A DNA stretch of 6,223 bases, from contig JBHLPL010000111.1 of the NCBI GenBank assembly GCA_048939465.1, positions 1 through 6,223 on the forward strand, written 5' to 3'. The notes beneath the pieces were generated by a model. That model saw only the letters and a list, made by a program, of their open reading frames with translations. It had not been told where the DNA came from and made no database searches. A program made the position numbers and the translations under genes. The stretch's first letter is position 1. The number at the start of each line of letters is the position of its first letter. The DNA is from Promethearchaeota archaeon. GTDB taxonomy: Archaea; Asgardarchaeota; Odinarchaeia; Odinarchaeales; JBHLKK01. This document shows, in pieces, positions 1 to 6,157 of the stretch.

Positions 1-306
1 AACGAAGTTCTCGATCTTACCTCCCCCAATACTAAAAACGCCCGGACCTAAACCTATCCTTCTAATCAAGATAATGGGGAGTTTCAGTTTCGAATGATAT
101 TCATTTGAAAGAAGGTTTGCTACAGTCTTCAGTTCTTTCTTATCAAGGGGATATTTGCTTCCATCTCTTGTGATAACATGTGGTTTTTCCTCTTGCAGAA
201 GCTCCTTCAGCGTTTTGAAGTGTTTCGGCAAGTGATCGTTGATATTCTTAATCTCGCTACTCCATATTGTGTGTAGGAAGCGATCATAAGCACGACGTTT
301 ATCCAT
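1..306 (-). CDS. DUF61 / UPF0216 family archaeal protein, partial (3' end runs off the window); not in the ORF track
   Basis: Manual translation from ATG at 306 is open to base 1: MDKRRAYDRFLHTIWSSEIKNINDHLPKHFKTLKELLQEEKPHVITRDGSKYPLDKKELKTVANLLSNEYHSKLKLPIILIRRIGLGPGVFSIGGGKIENFV. The pattern IN.HLP...KTL.ELL.EEKPHV..RDGS......EL...........LKLPII matches my recollection of DUF61. SD-like AAGAGGA lies 6 nt upstream of the ATG. Confidence 0.85.
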   Translation of the reverse strand, partial: MDKRRAYDRFLHTIWSSEIKNINDHLPKHFKTLKELLQEEKPHVITRDGSKYPLDKKELKTVANLLSNEYHSKLKLPIILIRRIGLGPGVFSIGGGKIENFV

Positions 307-356
307 TTTGATCCTCTTATTCTTTCAAGAATCACTAAACTAGTATCACAAACCTA

Positions 357-371
357 TTCTAAAACTTTCTC
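357..371 (-). promoter_or_regulatory. Putative BRE + TATA box for the DUF61 gene
   Basis: Minus strand reads GAGAAAG-TTTTAGAA, a purine-rich BRE directly followed by a TATA-like box. It sits about 50 nt upstream of the ATG, leaving room for a short leader with an SD. Confidence 0.5.
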
Positions 372-379
372 AAAAAGAA
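372..379 (-). terminator. Possible archaeal oligo-U terminator after the YbjN-like gene
   Basis: Minus strand TTCTTTTT starts 2 nt after the TAG stop at 382-384. Confidence 0.4.
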
Positions 380-381
380 GG

Positions 382-783
382 CTACTCGAATCTTGGCATG
401 ATCTTCTTCCAGAAGTGGCTAATTGCATAAGGAACGGCATAGAACTCCTCCTCGAAGACGTCAAATGACAGGGCAGATGCCAGGATCTCCTGACTTGTAC
501 CAATATATCCTTGATCATCCATATCATAACAAATTTCGGGAACTGTATGATTAGAGTGAAGTAGCGTCTTGTAGATTTCTGTTTCCTTGGCCTTTGGTAT
601 CTTATCAGGCTGGAGAATTCCAGATCTGATATATATCCACTTACCAACAACCGATATGACCACAGAATGATTACGCCCCTCGATTTTGTAAGGAACCTCG
701 AATTGGTCTTTTTCCTCGATCCAGCCATATTTCAGGTTCATCTTTTTTAGGTATTCTCCAATTCTTTTGACGAACTCAGTCAT
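382..783 (-). CDS. YbjN-like protein (type III secretion chaperone-like fold), 133 aa
   Basis: Layout is helix, four strands, helix (IYKTLLHSN), then Y-D-M-D-D-Q-G-Y-I, then a C-terminal amphipathic helix (LSFDVFEEEF). This fits the YbjN/CesT-like family pattern LL..N....F.lD.dG.I. SD-like GAGTGA precedes the ATG at 783. Confidence 0.7.
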   Translation of the reverse strand: MTEFVKRIGEYLKKMNLKYGWIEEKDQFEVPYKIEGRNHSVVISVVGKWIYIRSGILQPDKIPKAKETEIYKTLLHSNHTVPEICYDMDDQGYIGTSQEILASALSFDVFEEEFYAVPYAISHFWKKIMPRFE

Positions 784-827
784 TTTTTATCACTCACATT
801 TAAGCAAGAATACGTGCAGAGAAGAAA

Positions 828-2168
828 TTAAGGTCGTTTAGTTGAGATTATGTTCCCGGAACCTGGCGGGGCTACGATTTCTCGATCTCTCATAACGATT
901 CTCCCCCCCACTATTGTCGTCGCGGGTATCGCATGAATCTTCCAACCAGAGAAAGGAGAGAATTTGGCCTTTGAAAAGAACATCTTGGCATCTATACGAA
1001 GGTCCGATTTCGTATCTATAAGCGTTAGATCGGCATCATAACCTTTGGCAATTCTTCCTTTTTTCCCCAAGCTGAATATTCTGGCAGGATTCTCAGAAGT
1101 TAGCTCAATGAATCGTCTCATAGTTAGTCGGTTCTCTAAAACTTGAGTCAGAAGCAGCGGCACTGTTGTTTCTAATCCTGGAATTCCAGGGGGAGCCGCG
1201 GTGAAATCTCTCTTTTCTTCAATATTATGAGGAGCATGATCACTGGCAACAATGTCGATCACTCCATTATTGATCAGGTTTGCCCACAAGTGTTCAGTAT
1301 CAGATACTGTCCGGAGAGGTGGCAACATCTTGGCAAAAGCTTTCCAGCGGGAGAGAGCTTTCTTAGTTAGAAACAAGTGATGGGGGGTCACTTCGCACGT
1401 GATTTTTGAATTGGTATTCTTTGCGGCCTGTATCGCCAGTAGCGAGTGTCGGCTGCTTACGTGGCACACATGCAGCTTTGTATTTATTTCATTGTTTATG
1501 CGAATGAAACGAAGAATTGCAGATTTCTCCTGTTCATCCCCATGAGAGGCCAAAAACTCTTGAACCTCAGAGTGCTTAGGGGAGGTTTTGGAGGGGGATG
1601 GTGTTCCAACTTCGGGATGGAATGCGACTAACGCGTTCAGCTTAGAGGTTTCCCTAAAAACCAATGATAATTGCTTATCATCATAGACGTCAATCTCACC
1701 GATTGGACTGGGTAGATAGATTTTGAAGGCGACAGCTCCACCGTTAATTAGAAGTCGAAGATCGTCAAGGCTTTTCGGAAGGGCAGAATAGAAGCCAACA
1801 TTAGTAATAATCTTCGCTTCTGCCTCCTTAATCTTTGCTCTCAGACCTGAAGGACTAGTTACGGGAATCTTGTTATTGGGCATATCAAGAACGGTGGTGA
1901 CGCCCCCTGCTGCTGCAGCACACGTTCCGCTGTGAAAATCTTCCTTATGAGATTGATTCATGTCTCTCAGATGAACATGAACGTCGATCATGCCGGGGAT
2001 CAGTAGTTTTTTCTTTGCATCGAGAGTCTCCTCAGCATTAGGAAGAGCTACGTCTTTGCCAATATCTACTATAACGCCGTCTTTAATAATCAGTCCTCCG
2101 TGGTAGAGTCCTTCAGAAGTGTAAATTCTGGCATTCTTTATCTTTAAATCAAGAGACAACACAAGCAC
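828..2168 (-). CDS. pyrC: Dihydroorotase (amidohydrolase superfamily); true start probably TTG at 2159 (MSLDLKIKNARI)
   Basis: Motifs present: PGMIDVHVHLRD (two metal His plus substrate Arg), AAAGGVTTVLDMPN (substrate Asn), AFKIY (candidate carbamylated Lys), FHPE, LHVCHVSS, CEVTPHHL, SDHAPH (catalytic Asp and substrate His), PPGIPGLET and GYDADL. The HLR motif favours dihydroorotase over allantoinase. AGGTG overlapping the upstream stop is spaced 6 nt from TTG 2159. Confidence 0.85.
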   Translation of the reverse strand: MLVLSLDLKIKNARIYTSEGLYHGGLIIKDGVIVDIGKDVALPNAEETLDAKKKLLIPGMIDVHVHLRDMNQSHKEDFHSGTCAAAAGGVTTVLDMPNNKIPVTSPSGLRAKIKEAEAKIITNVGFYSALPKSLDDLRLLINGGAVAFKIYLPSPIGEIDVYDDKQLSLVFRETSKLNALVAFHPEVGTPSPSKTSPKHSEVQEFLASHGDEQEKSAILRFIRINNEINTKLHVCHVSSRHSLLAIQAAKNTNSKITCEVTPHHLFLTKKALSRWKAFAKMLPPLRTVSDTEHLWANLINNGVIDIVASDHAPHNIEEKRDFTAAPPGIPGLETTVPLLLTQVLENRLTMRRFIELTSENPARIFSLGKKGRIAKGYDADLTLIDTKSDLRIDAKMFFSKAKFSPFSGWKIHAIPATTIVGGRIVMRDREIVAPPGSGNIISTKRP

Positions 2169-2975
2169 CTAATCAAGTTTGGTGAGATTTCTTGAAACCA
2201 ATGAGACGAATTCTTGTGGGGATAAGATACCTACAATGCGACTCTCATAGTCAAGTATTGGAAGAGATTTTGCTCTCTCTTCAAGCATTAGCTTGGCTGC
2301 GCCCCCTACTTCCACATCTGGATGTATCGAAGGAGGGTTCTTTCGCATAATATCTACGACTAGAAGATGTTTTATTCTTGCGTCTTGATGTTTTTCGGGA
2401 ACTATTTCTCGAAAAGCTCCCATAGCGTAAGCTATGGTTCTTTCGGTAACCATACCGACCAGTTTATCTCTTTCGACTACCGGGAGAGCCACTAGACCGT
2501 GATCGATCATCAGTCTACGAGCGTGAATAACGCGACTTTGTGGTGCTACAGTAAACACATCTTTTTTCATTATTTGCCCTACGAATAGATCTTGAACCTC
2601 GACACATAGTTTAATCATATCAGTCATTGTTACTATACCTTTGAGCTTATCATTCTCCACTACTGGAAGAGCAGAACAACCTGTTTCTAGCATTTCTTCT
2701 GCAGCATGCACTATGTCTGCTTTCGGATCAATTGTCTCAAAATCTGAAACCATGGCCGCTGAAATGTGAATGCTTGAAGCCTGAAGACTGTCTAATCGAC
2801 TTGAGCCAAGCCTATCGGCTATGCTCTTTTCAGTAAGCAGCCCCACTAATCTGTCTTCATCCGTAACCAGCAGTTGAGATATCTCGTTTTTTTCCATAAG
2901 ATCTAAGGCATGTGATATTAATTGATCCTTATCCACGGTTATGGGAGGTTTTGACATAACTGTGTCAACCTTCAT
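2169..2975 (-). CDS. CBS-domain protein with four CBS repeats (two Bateman modules), 268 aa
   Basis: Four repeats of M...p.tv......A..lM......LpVv.....vGi.t. The ATG at 2975 overlaps the upstream gene by 11 nt and has a GGAGGT SD 7 nt upstream. Confidence 0.92.
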   Translation of the reverse strand: MKVDTVMSKPPITVDKDQLISHALDLMEKNEISQLLVTDEDRLVGLLTEKSIADRLGSSRLDSLQASSIHISAAMVSDFETIDPKADIVHAAEEMLETGCSALPVVENDKLKGIVTMTDMIKLCVEVQDLFVGQIMKKDVFTVAPQSRVIHARRLMIDHGLVALPVVERDKLVGMVTERTIAYAMGAFREIVPEKHQDARIKHLLVVDIMRKNPPSIHPDVEVGGAAKLMLEERAKSLPILDYESRIVGILSPQEFVSLVSRNLTKLD

Positions 2976-3834
2976 TGCGTTTACCTCCTAGTTCAGTAAT
3001 AGATTTGAGTATATCTCTTTTTGTAATTACTCCAACAAGCACCCCGTCAGACGTTACCGGTAAGCCACCTATGTCTTCTGATGTCATTAGTTCTGCTGCT
3101 TTTGCCAGGTCATCTGAGGTATCGATTGTTAGTAAATCTGTTGACATGACGTCCTCTGCCAATACGAGTATTCTTTGGGCCAACGATCCTCTCGCCCTCA
3201 TGAGTGACTGGGGATCTCTAACCCCGACGGTTCGGGAACGTAGGCCTGTTCCTATCTCAATTGGCTTTACGAAAGTAAGATCTCTTGAAGTAATCATTCC
3301 AATTGGTTTCTCGCCTTCAACAATTACTATTCTGGAAACATTCGACTTATTCATCAAGTCAACGATGTGGGTTATAGGGTGTTCTCGATTAGCGGTTATT
3401 ACACCTTTTGTCATAAAATCCTCAACTTTGGCTCTTCCACCATAGGTCTCTGGAAATGCTTTTACGATATCCGTTTTTGTGATCATACCGATCAGTCTCG
3501 AATCATCCGTTACTAACACTCCAGATATATTGTGCCTTACCATTATCTTAGCGATGTCTACAATATCCATCCTTTGATTGATAGTTATTGGATTTCTGGT
3601 CATAATCTGTTGTACTAAAACTTGGTTTATCGGTCTGCGTCGCCATATGGGCTCACTTTGCTCTATCGCCCTTATTATATCCTTTTGGGTAATTATCCCA
3701 ATTGGGGTTTCATTCTCATCAATAATAGGCAATCGGGCTATATCATGTTTTAACATTAGGTTCCTGGCGTGGGCAAGTGTATTAGCAGGTTTCATCACAA
3801 TAACAGGTGAAGTCATAATTTCCGAGGCGTCCAT
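2965..3834 (-). CDS. CBS-domain protein with four CBS repeats, 289 aa
   Basis: Four CBS repeats carrying GIITQKD, GMITKTD, GMITSRD and GVITKRD. A PIWRRRPI linker follows repeat 1 and an Arg-rich insert follows repeat 3. SD-like GAGGGGG lies 6 nt upstream of the ATG. Confidence 0.93.
   Translation of the reverse strand: MDASEIMTSPVIVMKPANTLAHARNLMLKHDIARLPIIDENETPIGIITQKDIIRAIEQSEPIWRRRPINQVLVQQIMTRNPITINQRMDIVDIAKIMVRHNISGVLVTDDSRLIGMITKTDIVKAFPETYGGRAKVEDFMTKGVITANREHPITHIVDLMNKSNVSRIVIVEGEKPIGMITSRDLTFVKPIEIGTGLRSRTVGVRDPQSLMRARGSLAQRILVLAEDVMSTDLLTIDTSDDLAKAAELMTSEDIGGLPVTSDGVLVGVITKRDILKSITELGGKRNEG
2983..2988 (-). promoter_or_regulatory. Shine-Dalgarno site (GGAGGT) for the second CBS gene, embedded in the first CBS gene
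   Basis: Minus strand reads GGAGGT-AAACGCA-ATG. Confidence 0.75.
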
Positions 3835-3870
3835 AAAGTACCCCCTCGAGGACTAACTAATAGCCTATAG

Positions 3871-3878
3871 TTATTTAT
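3871..3878 (-). promoter_or_regulatory. Putative TATA box for the CBS-CBS-pyrC operon
   Basis: Minus strand ATAAATAA ends 36 nt upstream of ATG 3834, compatible with a short SD-containing leader. The BRE is weak. Confidence 0.4.
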
Positions 3879-3885
3879 GCCTTAT

Positions 3886-4019
3886 GTGAGTCAAATCTGA
3901 TTAAGGCGAACTCTAGATGTATGAATTGAAGATAATATTCCATATTGAAAATCTTAGTCTTTCACTTTCCTCCCCAGTCGAGGCTCATCATTGAAAGATT
4001 CCTTTCATCCGGTGAGTCA
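3886..4019. repeat. Direct repeat GTGAGTCA at 3886-3893 and 4012-4019 (near-palindromic TGA-G-TCA core)
   Basis: Both copies read directly from the sequence, within the same 288-bp intergenic gap. Confidence 0.5.
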
Positions 4020-4058
4020 TATACCGATCTGCTTAAGGTAAGCGGCGATGTCTCAGCC
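3982..4058. ncRNA. Candidate structured RNA element (77 nt, possible four-way junction); family unknown
   Basis: Hand-folding of the minus strand gives a closing helix GGCU-(GAGA bulge)-CAUC / GAUG-AGCC. It encloses three hairpins: GCUUA/UAAGC, AUCGGU/ACCG(G)AU and GAAAG/CUUUC. No folding energy or covariation was computed. Confidence 0.3.
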
Positions 4059-4111
4059 ACTTTGATTTGATTTCTCCCTGTGACTTCGATTGTAGACAAA
4101 GACAACACTGG

Positions 4112-4123
4112 ATTCTATAGAAT
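4112..4123. repeat. Perfect 12-bp palindrome ATTCTATAGAAT abutting the rqcH stop codon
   Basis: The sequence equals its own reverse complement and overlaps the last base of the TAA stop. Confidence 0.6.
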
Positions 4124-6132
4124 TAAGGAAGACTAATCTGCCCTCCTCCGGGCGGAATTATATTCTGAAATTCCGTTAACGGGATTGCCCGGACTCTTTC
4201 CCCTCTGGCTTTTGGAAGACGCTCAATCATCTTCTCCTTCAGTGATTTTACTAGCTGTCCAAAGCTCAAGTTTCCCGGAGTTATCACTATAGAGTCTTTA
4301 GCCCAGGATTCCAGGGCCTTGACAGGCCCACATATTGGAACAATGTGCTCATTTTCGAATTTCATTCCTACTGCCAGCCTTAAGGGGATCCCCCGCAATA
4401 GATTTCTTTCCCCTTTAATAATGACGGCGCCCTTTGCCAGATATTCTCCAGATGGGGGGGAAAAAGAAACTTGATCAGCGTTGACCCAATATACGTCTAT
4501 TTGTCCCAAACCGCTCTTCCAGGCTCTTGAAAATGACGCAGCAAATTCCGCAGCTTGTTCAATGGTTGACTCCGGTACCCTCTTCCCCCCGGTTTTGACT
4601 ATAACAACGGGTGCACCGTGGATGTCTGCGTGTACAAATATGTCGTTATCAGTCATATGCTTTTTGACAAGAATTTCATTGGTTTTTGCATCTCGGCCTC
4701 CGATTACAAGGAAGTCCTCAGATGAAACAAACCAGCGAAACTTTTCATACCATTTTTTCGACCTTCTCCTGGTCAGGATTGTTGGTTTCTCCTTAGGGAC
4801 GTCCTTCAGTGTGACCTTTTTCATTAACGTCCTTTCAAGGGCGATCTTGGCCCCTTTGACCTTAGCCTCAGCTTTCTTGGCCTTCTCGTAGAGTTTTGCC
4901 GCATTTTCACTCGCAGTAGTCCTGAAATCTAACGAAATCTTCTCATCGTTTAGAATCACGACAGCCCTCGCCGAGGAAGTATCTATTCGATCTAAAATGA
5001 CCGCATAGGACATACCTCTTTCCTTATCACCACGGATGGCACTAGTTATCTCTTCCCAAGAATAACCATTCTTCCTCGATTTCCCTAGTCTAGACAACAA
5101 GCCTTCTACCAAATGAAAATTGGCGTAAATCAAATCAGCATGATGTTTATATTCCGCGGCAAGCTTCTGCATTTGTATTATTTTTTCTCTCTGTCTCTCA
5201 GATATTCTGAGTAACTCAGCATTTTTTTCTTTGATTTCAGCGTGCAGTTCTTCCCCAATTTCAAATGATTCGGTTGAACCGAAATACGAATCTGCAGCTT
5301 CATTAAAAGATGAAAAGACCTTGGCTTTTTCTAAGGCGTATTTTCTGAAAACGAACGGGAGAACATTGATCGGGATTTCATTTTCATAGACTACGTTCGG
5401 TTCGAAATCTGCGGTCCTGACCCTCTCAAGAATTCTCAGAACTTCAGTGTGAATCATTCTAGCTTCATCTAAGGATAACTCTTTAGCCTTTTTGGATTTA
5501 TCCACGTTTGAACGAAGACAGATTTCTTCAATGTATTCTGATCCTATGTTTAGATTCATAACAAGAGTACGGGCCAAGTCAGCGTCCGAAGATGAGAGAA
5601 TACTAATGAAATCGTTTTCTTTTAGGTCCACGACATCTTTGCCCCTCTTGGGCGGAAATGCGAACTGTTCTTTCAGTATGATATCTCGATCCTTCATACG
5701 CCTATAGTGCTGAGCTAGCGTGATTCTTCCTTTCCAGTCTGTGAGGATCATATTACCCGCACCGAAAAGCTCAATAATGACCGTATGTCTATCTTCTCCT
5801 TGTCCAATCTCTAGAACCAGTATCCTATCCAAGTCATGTTGGTATACATTTGTCAAGAGACGCCTTCGAAGACGCGACCTAAGAGCCCGACAAAACATGG
5901 GTGGGGATTTTGGCAGCGGTCGCTCATAATTCGTCAAGTGAACACGATAGCCAGGTTCTATCAGAAGGACTAATGATTTCCCCTCTTTGGATCTGAACTT
6001 AAACAAAAACTTATTACCAACTTGGTAAATGTTGTTTATCCAAGATCCTTGGATCAAGGGAGACAACTCTGTGGCAATTGCAGCCACATCAATATTCGAC
6101 ATGGAAGCCTTGGGTTTGATACTCAACTTCAA
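4123..6132 (-). CDS. rqcH: Ribosome quality control factor Rqc2/RqcH/NEMF homolog (NFACT-N, HhH, coiled-coil/middle, NFACT-R), 669 aa; start TTG 6132 or TTG 6126
   Basis: N-terminal K..MS.IDV.AI..EL, DLDRIL, IELFGAGNMILTD and NFACT-R motifs WYEKFRWFVSS..FLVIGGRDAKTNE.LVKK, FVHADIHGAP and SPPSGEYLAKGA.IIKGERN are all characteristic of archaeal and eukaryotic Rqc2/NEMF. Confidence 0.95.
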   Translation of the reverse strand: MKLSIKPKASMSNIDVAAIATELSPLIQGSWINNIYQVGNKFLFKFRSKEGKSLVLLIEPGYRVHLTNYERPLPKSPPMFCRALRSRLRRRLLTNVYQHDLDRILVLEIGQGEDRHTVIIELFGAGNMILTDWKGRITLAQHYRRMKDRDIILKEQFAFPPKRGKDVVDLKENDFISILSSSDADLARTLVMNLNIGSEYIEEICLRSNVDKSKKAKELSLDEARMIHTEVLRILERVRTADFEPNVVYENEIPINVLPFVFRKYALEKAKVFSSFNEAADSYFGSTESFEIGEELHAEIKEKNAELLRISERQREKIIQMQKLAAEYKHHADLIYANFHLVEGLLSRLGKSRKNGYSWEEITSAIRGDKERGMSYAVILDRIDTSSARAVVILNDEKISLDFRTTASENAAKLYEKAKKAEAKVKGAKIALERTLMKKVTLKDVPKEKPTILTRRRSKKWYEKFRWFVSSEDFLVIGGRDAKTNEILVKKHMTDNDIFVHADIHGAPVVIVKTGGKRVPESTIEQAAEFAASFSRAWKSGLGQIDVYWVNADQVSFSPPSGEYLAKGAVIIKGERNLLRGIPLRLAVGMKFENEHIVPICGPVKALESWAKDSIVITPGNLSFGQLVKSLKEKMIERLPKARGERVRAIPLTEFQNIIPPGGGQISLP

Positions 6133-6143
6133 TTCCCGCCAAC

Positions 6144-6150
6144 AGGAGGA
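6144..6150 (+). promoter_or_regulatory. Shine-Dalgarno site (AGGAGGA) for the plus-strand gene starting at 6158
   Basis: Reads AGGAGGA-TTAGATC-TTG, a 7-nt spacing. Confidence 0.7.
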
Positions 6151-6157
6151 TTAGATC

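Noticed and set aside
354-728. 124-aa minus-strand ORF in the track
   Set aside because: It is an alternative frame overlapping the better YbjN-like ORF, has a Ser/Arg-rich non-globular composition, and runs over the putative terminator and promoter.
1446-1631. 61-aa plus-strand ORF
   Set aside because: Antisense shadow of pyrC with no recognisable motif.
2975-3856. Plus-strand ORFs 2975-3445 and 3578-3856
   Set aside because: Antisense shadows of CBS-A. Their composition is what the reverse complement of a coding strand produces.
3955-3995. Hammerhead ribozyme or canonical box C/D sRNA starting at AUGAUGA
   Set aside because: The hammerhead core needs CUGANGA and a 10.1-11.1 pair before GAAA, and neither is present. 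No CUGA D or D' box follows at guide distance downstream of box C.
3982-4058. tRNA or tRNA pseudogene (77-nt cloverleaf-like fold)
   Set aside because: No TTCRA T-loop, no D-loop GG, no 7-nt anticodon loop on a 5-bp stem, and a bulged closing helix unlike an acceptor stem.
3995-4062. TPP, FMN or fluoride riboswitch resemblance (GCUGAGA; GCAGAUCGGU...CCGGAUGAAAG; plus-strand GGCGAUG)
   Set aside because: Only fragments match. The TPP P4 pairing (CCU/AGG) and UAAU loop, the FMN 5' half, and the fluoride pseudoknot and GCURAUGA are missing. The downstream genes are also not the expected targets.
3962-4108. 48-codon minus-strand GTG ORF in the intergenic gap (VLSLSTIEVTGRNQ...DWGGK)
   Set aside because: No SD, no recognisable motif, and a length expected by chance.
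5221-5227. In-frame A-AAA-AAT slippery heptamer in rqcH (plus C7/G7 runs at 903-909 and near 4454-4460)
   Set aside because: The reading frames are intact and conserved on both sides, no stimulatory structure was noticed, and the runs are explained by Lys/Asn, Gly and Pro codons.
4481-5929. Plus-strand ORFs 4481-4891, 5492-5707 and 5720-5929
   Set aside because: Antisense shadows of rqcH with no family motifs.
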